Source of the DNA: a virus
Virus record (IMG/VR): IMGVR_UViG_3300043499_000238
Location: 47,141 to 111,140 of that record
Length of the DNA stretch: 64,000 bases
Direction: 5' to 3' (one strand)
Part shown: positions 55,361 through 64,000 of the stretch, in pieces
How positions within the stretch are numbered: position 1 is the first letter of the stretch
Layout of the letters: every line of letters starts with the position of its first letter
Made by a program: the position numbers and the translations under genes
The notes under the pieces: model-generated
The model's database searches: none
What the model saw: the letters and a program-made list of their open reading frames with translations, nothing else
What the model was told of the DNA's origin: nothing

Positions 55361-56853
55361 CCGACATCAGCGTCACCAGCACCATCACCGATCAGTCGGT
55401 GCTCCCGTTCGACTACACGTCGCGTGACTTCGCTGCGTTGATCAACGACATCACCCGGCGCATGTCGCAGGAGATCCCCGGGTGGGAGGCGACACCGGCC
55501 AGTCTCGACATGGCGTTGCTCGATCAGGTCGCCTACGTCGGTGACATCCTCAACTTCTACATCGACCGCATGGCCGCCGAGGCGTACATCCAGTCGGCAG
55601 TGATGCGTGAGTCGGTGCTCAACCTCGCCTACGCCTTCGGCTATGTGCCGACTCCGCAGACCGCCGCCCTCGCTGCGGTCACGTTCACCAAGTCGCTCAT
55701 CGTCACCAGCGACATGACGATCCCGGCGGGCACCCAGGTGTACGCCAACTCGGGTGGTGATCAGGTGATCTTCGAGACCACCGCCGACCTCGTGATCCTC
55801 ACCGCCAACCAGACCGGCACCGTCAACGTGAGGGAGGGGCTGTCGGTCACGATGGAGTCGATCGGCGTCAGCTCGGGCGCCGAGCGCATGCAGTTCCCTC
55901 TGCTCAACCGCAACGTGATCAAGGACTCGGTCGTGCTCTACGTGCGCGACGGTGGCTTCGACGCAGCGACCGGCCAGCCCACACTGGTGCCGTGGACGCA
56001 GGTGCAGCGGATGATCGACACCGATGCCGTCGACCGTGCGTTCACGATCTTCGTGGACGAGAGCGGGCTGTCGATCATCCGCACTGGTGACGGCGTCACC
56101 GGCCGCATCCCCACGACCGGTGCCGCCATGTACGCAAGCTACCGCTACGGCAAGGGGGCAACCGGCAACGTCGCTGCCAACACCATCCGCTCGATGGTCA
56201 CGGGTGGTGACATCGCCACCAAGATCGACTCGCTGACCAACGCCGCACCGGCTGCTGGCGGTGCCGACGCCGAGTCGATGGCGTCGATGCGCACCAACAT
56301 CCCGCGCTCGCTGCGCGCCCTCGATCGAGCGGTGACTCTGCAGGACTACGCCGACCTCGCCGTGCAGGTGCCCGGTGTGGCCAAGGCGGCTGCAGGTGCG
56401 GTGCTCAACACCAACGTGTCGCTGGCGATCCTCGGCTTCAACTACTCGATCGCCGACGCTGCGCTCATCGCTGCCACGCAAGCGTTCATCACCGCTCGCA
56501 AGATGATCGGCACCACGGTCACCATCATCGGCCCCACCTACAAGCTGTTCAACGTCACCGGCACGTTGGTGGTCAGCCCGCTGTATGTGCGGGCGAGTGT
56601 GCTCGCTCAGGTCAACGCAGCGATCACCAAGTACTACGACTTCTCGACCGTGGACTTTGGCTTCACCTCGCGCCTGTCCGACCTCTTCGCCGCCGTGATG
56701 TCGGTGCAGGGCGTCGCCAACATGGCGATCAGCCAGCACTACGTGCAGGGCGACACCGCACTGCTCAACCAGAACATCACCATCCTCTACAACGAGTTCC
56801 CCAAGGTCGGCACCCTGTCGATCTCTGCATCGGGAGGCATCGTCCCGACATGA
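55357..56853 (+). CDS. Baseplate J/gp6-like protein
   Basis: DYTSRDFA, GDGVTGRIP, GGADAES, RAVTLQDY. Confidence 0.9.
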   Translation: MTDISVTSTITDQSVLPFDYTSRDFAALINDITRRMSQEIPGWEATPASLDMALLDQVAYVGDILNFYIDRMAAEAYIQSAVMRESVLNLAYAFGYVPTPQTAALAAVTFTKSLIVTSDMTIPAGTQVYANSGGDQVIFETTADLVILTANQTGTVNVREGLSVTMESIGVSSGAERMQFPLLNRNVIKDSVVLYVRDGGFDAATGQPTLVPWTQVQRMIDTDAVDRAFTIFVDESGLSIIRTGDGVTGRIPTTGAAMYASYRYGKGATGNVAANTIRSMVTGGDIATKIDSLTNAAPAAGGADAESMASMRTNIPRSLRALDRAVTLQDYADLAVQVPGVAKAAAGAVLNTNVSLAILGFNYSIADAALIAATQAFITARKMIGTTVTIIGPTYKLFNVTGTLVVSPLYVRASVLAQVNAAITKYYDFSTVDFGFTSRLSDLFAAVMSVQGVANMAISQHYVQGDTALLNQNITILYNEFPKVGTLSISASGGIVPT

Positions 56854-59800
56854 CCGACACGAGTATCCGCCGGTCGCTCGCACTGCGCAGCGGCACTGGT
56901 AGCTCGGCGCTCCGTCCGAGCACCGTCGGGTACGCCGACTTCTCCGGTGTCGTCGCCGAGTACCTGTCGTTCGATCGTGCTCCGGCGGCCTCGATCCTCA
57001 CCATCGAGTACGCCGTCAAGGTCAAGGTCGACGCACTCGGTGTGGTCAGCCGACTGTCCGGCTGGGCGGGTGGCTCGCTCTTCCAGATCAACGCCGGGAA
57101 CACGCTGTCGATCTCGCTGACGAGCGCTGCAGCCACCCAGGTCGGTAACGCTGCGTCGAACGCCACGGTCCCGGCTGGCGTCGCCACAGGGCCGGTGTGG
57201 CTGCGCGCCAAGCTCACCTGGACCACCGCCGTGTGCGAGTACTGGTACAGCACCGACCCCACCGACGTGTACGAGCAGGTCGCTACGTGGACCTCGATCG
57301 GCACGCCGCAGACCGGCACCAACGCCGCCGCCGCACTGCTCACCAACGTCTCGATCAAGCCCATCGTCGGCAACCTCGCCGTCTCCGGCACCGCCTCGTT
57401 GGCGGGCAACATCTACGCATACGCCGAGCTGATCAACGGCGTGAAGACGGCGTGGTTCGTCAGCTCCGACATCCCACGCTCTCCGGCCACCTCCTTCGTT
57501 GCATCGGGAGGTGGGCCGACGTGGACGGGGACCGGCGCCGCCCTGGTGTTCGTGCCCACGCAGAACTACCAAGGCGCACTGCGCTCCGACTACATCTACA
57601 ACCCCTCGCTCCTCGGGCTGCAGCAGGACACGATCCTCGCCGTCTACGGCGTCAACCACCACACGGCGCGCGTGAGCTACCAGTCGGGCAACATCCCGGC
57701 GCACCCGACGCTGGGTGGCTTCCAAGAAGCGATGGTGGTGCGCTCGACGGCTGGCTTCCCGGCGACCAACCTCGACGGTGCGATGGTGCTGCGCTACCTC
57801 GCCAACGATCCCTCGCTGGCCGGTGGGTTGGCCTCGGTGGTCGACTCCGAGCTGCTCGGGCAGCAGTGGTACTACTACGCCCTCTTCGTGCGCTACGACG
57901 CCTCCAGCGGGTGGTTCAAGGTGGCGGAGCAGTCATGGCTCAGCCCAGCGCGCTACGGCTATCCCGAGCGCCTCTGGCGTGGCTTCCCCAACTACTACCG
58001 GCGCATCGACCAGGGTGTGTGGCTCGACCCCGGCTACCTCCGGCGCATCTGTAACGTCATCGGCTTCGAGTTCGACGTGCTGCGCTCGTACGCCGCCACC
58101 GTCGGCGACGTGTGGGACTTCGAGCGCATCTCGGCCAAGCTCCTGCCCGAGGCCGGGGCGGCGCTCGGACTGGTCAAGCAGTCGGCCAACGGCGACCGCC
58201 GACTGCGCACCCTCGCTGGCAACATCATGGCCCTGCGCAAGCAGAAGGGCACGACGGACGGCGTCGAGGGGTATGTGGCGGCGCAGACCGGCTGGCCCAC
58301 GCGTGTGTACGAGGGCATCAACCTGCTCCACCGCACGCAGCACACCGAGTGGCCCTACAGCTTCACCGCACAGGACGGCTCGGCCACGCCTGCCACCGAC
58401 AACCACCCCGGCTGGACGTCGAGCTATGGCCTGCCGCCGACGTACACGCTGTGCGGTCAGCTCTCGCGCCAGATCGCTGCGGGTGGTGAGGGCAACGCCG
58501 CACCGATCGCCATGCCCGACGGTTCGTTCTACCTCCGCCTCACCAACAACACGGGCGGCAACAGCCAGCTCGTGTTCCAGTACGGGCACGGCAGCTACGC
58601 ACCGCACTCCGCCATCCCGGTGATCGAGGGGCACAGCTACATCTTCTCGACGGCGATGAAGGCGTACGCCGCAGCGACTGCGGTGACAGTCTCGCTGCAC
58701 TGGATCAACGAGCTGGGTGTGCAGATCGGTGCGGCGAGCACGACGGTGCTCACCGCGATCGGCACGACGTGGGTGCGCCAGAAGACGGCGGCGGGCACCT
58801 GCCCGGTCGGTGCGAAGTACTGCTCGATCCGCTTCTACTCGGCGGCCACCCTGCCCAACACGACGGGTCACATCAACATCTTCAAGCCGATGCTGGTGGA
58901 CCTGGCCTGGCGGCCCGAGGGCATCCCGACACTGGCCAACAACGTGCCGCTGTCCTCGAACCTCGCTGCCGACCTCGGCACGTTCGTGCACCAGGACTAC
59001 TACGAGGCGCCGAGAGAGGTGAAGATCAACGTCTACCCGATGCGCACCAACCTCGCCCTCAACTCCGACTTCCTGCTCAACAACCTCCCCGCTGGTGCGT
59101 GGGCCACCTACGACTCGCCGAGCTACGCACAGTTGCCGGTGGCGTACTCCTCGTACGCCGACATCGTGGACGCCGAGCCTGGTGACTCCGAGACCACCTA
59201 CCTCGACATGGCGCAGGGGCTGGCGCCGTTGGTCGGCTCGGTGCCGACGCTCACGTTCGACACCACCAACGGCGGCCGCCTCACCGCCAACAAGGCGAGC
59301 GTGCCGTTCGGCTTCACGCTGATGCACACCTTCTTCCCAGCCACCGACCTCGGTGGGATGAGTGCAGCGGTGGTGGCCTCGACCAACGTCGTGCCGAACA
59401 CCGACGCTCCCTACCTCACGCCTACGGTGAGCACGGTGACCACGCCCGACCCCGGTGTGCTGCCTCCCGACGATGGCGTGCTGCTGTTCAAGATCCGCGG
59501 GCCGCTCACCGCCTCCGAGGGATCGGTCGCCGGTCAGATGGCGGGCACGCCCAACGACGGCTGGGAGATCCGCCGTGGCTACACGTTCGGCACCCTCTAC
59601 CCCGACCGCATCGCCTGGATCGACGCCGAGGTCGGTGGCCCTGCGGGCACCGTGTACGTCAGCCACGTCGCTGGTGCTCCGCCCACCGGCAAGGACGAGA
59701 TCATCGCCATGGCGTGGCACTGGGACGCCGTCGCCAAGCAGCGGCGCCTCACGGTGTCGATGTCGCCCGACGGCATGACGTGGTCACCTCTGCCGTCTCG

Positions 59801-60578
59801 TCTGTGGAACGCCATAGGCGCCACGCTCGACTCGCCTGCCGTGTTGCGCATCGGCGGCACCACCACGAGCACCGGCATCTTCAACGGGCGCATCTACTGG
59901 GTGGAGATGCGCACCGGTACCAACCCGGCGGCAGGCGACCTGCTGTGGCGCTTCGACGCTGCTGACTACCCGGGCACCGGTACCTCGTGGACCGACCCTC
60001 GTGGCCGTACGTGGACGATGAGCAGTGCGTCGGCGATCACCAGGCCCAACCCCGGCACCACGATGTCGATGGCGTTCGAGTGGTACACGGCGGCCAGTGG
60101 CCTCAACCGCATCAACGTGCCGCCGGACCCACCCGGGTCGAGTGGCGTGCCACTGCGCACCCAGTCGCCGACCTATCTCCTGACGACCACGCCGACGCGC
60201 TACGAGGTGGTCAACGCACAGCCACCGGCCAACGCTCTGTACGGACGGCTCATGCTCATCTTCTCCAACACGGTGACGTTCAACGCCGTGTTGGAGAACG
60301 CACTGATCGAGGACGCTCCCTACCCCGAGAGCTACTTCAACGGGGACTGGAACGACGGCGACGACGGTGACTTCTTCTACGCCATCGGCAAGGGCTACAC
60401 CGGGGCTGCCCACCTCAGCCCGTCGGTGTACTACCAGCAGTTCAGGCACTTCGCCTCGGGTGTGAGCGGCAGCGACTCGCTGTCGCAGTTGATGCCCTAC
60501 CTGCTGCCGTTCCGCAAGCCGTTCAAGGTGATCACGGCAGGTACGACCCCAACAGGGTTGTACAACGCCATTCCCTAG
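56850..60578 (+). CDS. Baseplate wedge (GpI/gp7-like) protein with inserted carbohydrate-binding-like domains
   Basis: PNYYRRID..LRR..FD..LLP..LG..KGTTDGV core; CBM-like and jelly-roll inserts. Confidence 0.75.
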   Translation: MTDTSIRRSLALRSGTGSSALRPSTVGYADFSGVVAEYLSFDRAPAASILTIEYAVKVKVDALGVVSRLSGWAGGSLFQINAGNTLSISLTSAAATQVGNAASNATVPAGVATGPVWLRAKLTWTTAVCEYWYSTDPTDVYEQVATWTSIGTPQTGTNAAAALLTNVSIKPIVGNLAVSGTASLAGNIYAYAELINGVKTAWFVSSDIPRSPATSFVASGGGPTWTGTGAALVFVPTQNYQGALRSDYIYNPSLLGLQQDTILAVYGVNHHTARVSYQSGNIPAHPTLGGFQEAMVVRSTAGFPATNLDGAMVLRYLANDPSLAGGLASVVDSELLGQQWYYYALFVRYDASSGWFKVAEQSWLSPARYGYPERLWRGFPNYYRRIDQGVWLDPGYLRRICNVIGFEFDVLRSYAATVGDVWDFERISAKLLPEAGAALGLVKQSANGDRRLRTLAGNIMALRKQKGTTDGVEGYVAAQTGWPTRVYEGINLLHRTQHTEWPYSFTAQDGSATPATDNHPGWTSSYGLPPTYTLCGQLSRQIAAGGEGNAAPIAMPDGSFYLRLTNNTGGNSQLVFQYGHGSYAPHSAIPVIEGHSYIFSTAMKAYAAATAVTVSLHWINELGVQIGAASTTVLTAIGTTWVRQKTAAGTCPVGAKYCSIRFYSAATLPNTTGHINIFKPMLVDLAWRPEGIPTLANNVPLSSNLAADLGTFVHQDYYEAPREVKINVYPMRTNLALNSDFLLNNLPAGAWATYDSPSYAQLPVAYSSYADIVDAEPGDSETTYLDMAQGLAPLVGSVPTLTFDTTNGGRLTANKASVPFGFTLMHTFFPATDLGGMSAAVVASTNVVPNTDAPYLTPTVSTVTTPDPGVLPPDDGVLLFKIRGPLTASEGSVAGQMAGTPNDGWEIRRGYTFGTLYPDRIAWIDAEVGGPAGTVYVSHVAGAPPTGKDEIIAMAWHWDAVAKQRRLTVSMSPDGMTWSPLPSRLWNAIGATLDSPAVLRIGGTTTSTGIFNGRIYWVEMRTGTNPAAGDLLWRFDAADYPGTGTSWTDPRGRTWTMSSASAITRPNPGTTMSMAFEWYTAASGLNRINVPPDPPGSSGVPLRTQSPTYLLTTTPTRYEVVNAQPPANALYGRLMLIFSNTVTFNAVLENALIEDAPYPESYFNGDWNDGDDGDFFYAIGKGYTGAAHLSPSVYYQQFRHFASGVSGSDSLSQLMPYLLPFRKPFKVITAGTTPTGLYNAIP

Positions 60579-60597
60579 CTGGTACTGTCGACCCCTC

Positions 60598-60852
60598 ATG
60601 GTTGCGGCAGCGGTCTCGTGTGGCGTGCTGGCGATCTTCGCACTCATCACACTGCGCAGCATGCGCCTGCTCGGCGATCGCGTCTTCGACTTCCAGGTGT
60701 ACATCTCGATGGGTGCGGCCGCCGCCTACCTCGCCCTCAACGACGCCAGCTTCGAGGCGTACGTGATCTCGCTGGCGACGCTACGGTTCGTGATCTTGTT
60801 GTGGGACGTGATCGATCTGTTGAAGATCCGCATGGGTGAGAGGCGCTTCTAA
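60598..60852 (+). CDS. Small membrane protein
   Basis: Hydrophobic segments. Confidence 0.6.
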   Translation: MVAAAVSCGVLAIFALITLRSMRLLGDRVFDFQVYISMGAAAAYLALNDASFEAYVISLATLRFVILLWDVIDLLKIRMGERRF

Positions 60853-61112
60853 TGGGTGAGCCACTTGACGACCTGATCCGCCTCGCCGAGGAGATGTCGC
60901 GACGCAGGCTGCTGACCCAGTTCGGTGTGCACGACAGAGAGCAGTTGGCTGCGTTGAAGGAGCACCTGGAGTCGGCACCGAAGCCGCCCGGCGGGCTTCC
61001 CGACGCCTCCCTCTTCTGCGGTGCCCCGATCTACTACGACGAGGACGTCCCGGTAGGGATCTTGCGTTGCTACTTCAACGACAACACGACGCAGGACGTG
61101 AGGCTGACGTGA
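60852..61112 (+). CDS. Hypothetical protein
   Basis: TAATG overlap. Confidence 0.6.
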   Translation: MGEPLDDLIRLAEEMSRRRLLTQFGVHDREQLAALKEHLESAPKPPGGLPDASLFCGAPIYYDEDVPVGILRCYFNDNTTQDVRLT

Positions 61113-62086
61113 CGGTGCTCGGCATCTTCGGCGACAAGGACGCACCAGCACTACTGGTGACCGCCGCCCTCAACGACATGCTCGAAGCTCACCTCGTTGA
61201 TCACGAGGGTGAGGACTTCTGGCTGTGCGTCGGCGTGCGCAAGCCGCTCGCCATCTACCAGACCATCATCGGCTGGGCGCTGCACAACGGTCTGTACGTC
61301 GCCGTGTACACCAAGTTCAACACGCCCTCGTGGGAGGCGGTGTTCGGTAACGGTGAGTTCGAGGTAGCGGAGTGGCACCACTCCGACCGATGGATGCTCG
61401 ACGTTGTAGAGCGGCTCTCCGCCGAGCACAACGCAACGATCTACGCCCTGATGGGCGATGAAGATCCACCAGTAGATGTCCGCCGTGCGCTAGTACGTGC
61501 GCTGGACAGCGGGCTGGAGGTACGAGACCTCGCAGAAGCAGGTCTCACGTACGTCGGCGTCGCCGACAACCCCATTAGACAAGGGAGCAACACCATGGCC
61601 AAGGAAGAGATGACACTGGAGCAGGCCGGAGAGCTTGCCGACGAAGGAGATGCCGAGTCGATCCAGGCACTGGTCGACCTCGCCGAGCGCTTCGAGCTGG
61701 ACCCCGACGACTACCCGACGTGGGTCGAGCTGGGCACCGTGCTCGACCCGCTGCTCGCCGAGGCTGAGGCCGAAGCGGAGGGTGGCGAGGGCGAAGGCGG
61801 AGAGGCCGAGCCGGATGACGAGGCGCCCCGGCGCAACCGCGGCGGCAACATCTCCGCCGAGGATCTCGAAGAGAAGAGCGTGCCCGAGCTGCGTCAGCTC
61901 GCCAAGCAGCTCGGTGTCGACGGGTGGGAGAAGAACCGCTCGGCCAAGCTGATCGAGGGCATCCTCGAAGCACAGGGCAACGGTGACGGCCCCCCTCGTC
62001 GGGCGGCCGCAGCCGCGGACGACGACACCCTGCTGGCAATCCTGGCGCGGGGTCTGCGGGCCTTCGCCGACGCACTATCGAGCTGA
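61109..62086 (+). CDS. Two-part protein; acidic C-terminal half with Rho-N/HeH-like motif and possible internal start at 61595
   Basis: LEEKSVPELRQLAKQLGV..SAKLIEGILEAQ; AAGGGAG before in-frame ATG 61595. Confidence 0.65.
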   Translation: MTVLGIFGDKDAPALLVTAALNDMLEAHLVDHEGEDFWLCVGVRKPLAIYQTIIGWALHNGLYVAVYTKFNTPSWEAVFGNGEFEVAEWHHSDRWMLDVVERLSAEHNATIYALMGDEDPPVDVRRALVRALDSGLEVRDLAEAGLTYVGVADNPIRQGSNTMAKEEMTLEQAGELADEGDAESIQALVDLAERFELDPDDYPTWVELGTVLDPLLAEAEAEAEGGEGEGGEAEPDDEAPRRNRGGNISAEDLEEKSVPELRQLAKQLGVDGWEKNRSAKLIEGILEAQGNGDGPPRRAAAAADDDTLLAILARGLRAFADALSS

Positions 62087-62178
62087 ACCCTGGCGCCAAG
62101 CTTCCGCTTGACTTTGATGACGTCTTCCTGATCACCCGAGAGCGCCCGATCCCTCGCAAGACGGGTCGGGGTGTTCGG

Positions 62179-62526
62179 ATGACGATGTACGACCACTGGC
62201 GCGAGATCGTCTACGACGCTGTCGACGCCAAGGGCGGCATCGTCCGCATGGGACCGAGCATCTTCAACAAGCACATGTCGATCCTGCGCGAGCGCTACGA
62301 GGTCACGGCGATCCGCGATGGCTTCCGTCGGTTCGCCGCACTTGTTGAATCGGGTAAGGTCGACGTCCGGGGCAAGTCCGCCTGGTTCGTCTTCTTCGGA
62401 CGGTACGAGCGGTTCATCCCGCAGTTCAAGCCTGCCGAATCCATCGCCGACGTCGAGAGGAAGCCCGTGAAGACGCTCGCCGACTTCAAGCCACAGACCG
62501 GGCGCAACGTGCTCGCACCTCCATAG
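62179..62526 (+). CDS. Hypothetical protein
   Basis: 115-aa ORF followed by a terminator. Confidence 0.65.
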   Translation: MTMYDHWREIVYDAVDAKGGIVRMGPSIFNKHMSILRERYEVTAIRDGFRRFAALVESGKVDVRGKSAWFVFFGRYERFIPQFKPAESIADVERKPVKTLADFKPQTGRNVLAPP

Positions 62527-62533
62527 AACGAGA

Positions 62534-62557
62534 GCGGCCCCCCTTCCGGGGGGCCGT
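62534..62557 (+). terminator. Terminator hairpin
   Basis: GCGGCCCCCC-TTCC-GGGGGGCCGT. Confidence 0.7.
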
Positions 62558-62689
62558 CCTCATTGTGACTGACCAACACCATCACCACCGCACCGGGCTA
62601 CCAACCCCAACACAGAGTGCCTCTGGCAACTTCCATCAACAGAGGAGTGACGATGCAACTGTCGCTCCTCACTCTACACGAAAGGGTGA

Positions 62690-63343
62690 GTGATGCAACA
62701 TCATTCAACAGCAGACAGGCCACCTCTCACGGTGGCGCCCGACCCGGTCCGAGACCTCTTCTTCGCCTCCCACATCGGGGCCGAGATCGCCGTCGGGCGG
62801 TCGGAGCACACCAACGTGGTGACCATGAAGCACTTCGACCTGTGCCACGCCTGGCGCTCGCCGCAGTGGATGCTCGTCCACGGGATGCCCAAGTTCTCCA
62901 ACCACGAGTGGCGGGTGCTCGACCACGTCATCTTCAACGGGCGGATGGCCGAGGGGTACCAGACGTGGACGGCGATCAGGGGTGGCCAGCAGACGATCAA
63001 CAAGTCGCTCGCCTACGAGACGGCGATCGATACGCACAACGTCAGCAGGGTCATCGCTCGCCTGCACAAGGTCGGGCTGCTCGACTACGGCGAGTCGCAT
63101 TCGAGGGAGTCGGTCTACCTCACCGAGCACTTCCACCGCATGATGTTCGAGGTCCGATGGCGAGCCGAGCTACGTAACTCAGCCCCCCAGGCGGTGAAGC
63201 AGATCCTCATTGTTGAGGACTGGAAGTGGATGATGGAGCGGGTCGACAAGGTCTTCCGGTGCGACCCGGACCTCAGCTACACACGTCGGGACGACCGCCG
63301 TCGTGCTCTCGGGGAGGCGCTGTATCCGCTCTTGCGTCGCTAA
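62690..63343 (+). CDS. Winged-HTH protein, probable replication initiator
   Basis: EWRVLDHVI...INKSLAYETAIDTHNVSRVIARLHKVGLL; followed by iteron-like repeats. Confidence 0.6.
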   Translation: MMQHHSTADRPPLTVAPDPVRDLFFASHIGAEIAVGRSEHTNVVTMKHFDLCHAWRSPQWMLVHGMPKFSNHEWRVLDHVIFNGRMAEGYQTWTAIRGGQQTINKSLAYETAIDTHNVSRVIARLHKVGLLDYGESHSRESVYLTEHFHRMMFEVRWRAELRNSAPQAVKQILIVEDWKWMMERVDKVFRCDPDLSYTRRDDRRRALGEALYPLLRR

Positions 63344-63348
63344 CTCGT

Positions 63349-63431
63349 GGTGCACGAGGTACACCGGGGCTGGTGTATGAGGTACACCAGGCCGGTGTGC
63401 GAGGTACACCGCTCGGTGTATGAGGTACACC
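63349..63431. repeat. Four 17-bp iteron-like direct repeats GGTGYRYGAGGTACACC (putative origin)
   Basis: Copies at 63349, 63372, 63394, 63415; periods 23/22/21 bp. Confidence 0.85.
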
Positions 63432-63596
63432 ACGATATGGCTATCTACCAGGGCAAACGGGGGGTCCAAGAAGCCAATGCTTAGTAGAGCTACTTCCGAG
63501 TAGAGCTTCGCTCTACTCTCCAGTGCTCTCATTTGAGGATGAACCTCTCCGGCGGGCGACGCCGGAGGTGCTCTGATTGCATTGAGAGGTACAGCG

Positions 63597-64000
63597 GTGT
63601 TGAATGACACGATGACCACCGAACCACTACCGGGTGCTACCCCGCAGGTACTGAGACGCCGTGGTGAGTTGGTGGGCAACGCCTTTCGCACCATCGGTAC
63701 CCGCCCCTCTTCCACCAGCGGTAAGCCAGTGCTCATCCGTGACAACATCGCTCCGTATCTCCAGAGCATTGGCTGCCCGCTCCTCTTCCCCGGCCCGCTC
63801 TCCCTCCTCACCATCGACAACGCAGCACTGCGCAACTCGATCGATGACTCCGCCAAGGCGGGTGGCTGGGTCAAGCGCGCCGGGTGGGCGATCTCCCCGA
63901 GCATCGAGATGCTCTCCACTGCCACCGAGTACGCCGCCGTCGCATGCTCTGAGTTCCTCCGACGTGGTCGCGCCGTCGCATGGCGCACCGTCGAGCAAGT
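63597..64000 (+). CDS. Hypothetical protein (partial, runs off the right edge)
   Basis: GAGAGG RBS then GTG; open frame ...MTTEPLPGATPQVLRRRG...RGRAVAWRTVEQ. Confidence 0.55.
   Translation, partial: MLNDTMTTEPLPGATPQVLRRRGELVGNAFRTIGTRPSSTSGKPVLIRDNIAPYLQSIGCPLLFPGPLSLLTIDNAALRNSIDDSAKAGGWVKRAGWAISPSIEMLSTATEYAAVACSEFLRRGRAVAWRTVEQ

Noticed and set aside
28687-60578. Extracellular contractile injection system or tailocin
   Set aside because: Terminase, portal, scaffold and major capsid genes are present in the same orientation, so this is a phage.
45874-60578. Diversity-generating retroelement or invertible fibre cassette
   Set aside because: No reverse transcriptase or recombinase; the duplicated domains differ throughout, not only at adenines.
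2112-60704. Many long antisense or alternate-frame ORFs (e.g. 2112-3755 +, 27769-29517 -, 40061-41644 -, 52957-55080 -, 57933-59720 -)
   Set aside because: Arg/Gly/Pro-rich shadow frames of high-GC genes that fully overlap clearly identifiable genes.
63349-63431. CRISPR array
   Set aside because: Repeats are 17 bp with only 4-6 bp between them; no spacers and no cas genes. Iterons fit better.
63597-64000. DnaC/IstB-like helicase loader
   Set aside because: Position after the initiator-like gene is suggestive, but no Walker A motif is visible in the partial sequence.

Overview
High-GC tailed-phage DNA. It holds a near-complete morphogenesis region of a contractile-tailed (myovirus-type) phage; an actinobacterial host, plausibly Acidimicrobiia, is inferred from GC content, leaderless promoters and the style of the Thr-rich secreted proteins. 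Left end (1-7.6 kb): an accessory island of exported low-complexity/repeat proteins plus a SAM methyltransferase. 7.7-10.1 kb: small DNA/RNA-binding genes (HTH with a PAKK tail, KTSC). 10.1-24 kb: head module (TerL, portal, scaffold, major capsid). It is interleaved with small enzyme-like genes (two ADP-ribosyltransferase-like, GNAT, ParB-like, zincin, HhH-like), several sharing a short 'DHLGxQF'-like peptide tag, and with a ~370-nt structured interval lacking a credible gene that looks like a stand-alone ncRNA. 24-40 kb: neck, sheath, tube, chaperone (candidate +1 frameshift), tape measure with two muralytic domains, hub and spike. 40-55 kb: lysis genes and a large fibre/adhesin cassette. 55-60.6 kb: baseplate wedge. 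62.7-64 kb: HTH replication-like gene followed by four 17-bp iteron-like repeats. At least 16 genes have a TAnnnT box 6-7 nt before the start codon (leaderless transcription). No integrase, tRNA, CRISPR array or reverse transcriptase was recognised. All family assignments come from motif recognition by eye, not database searches.
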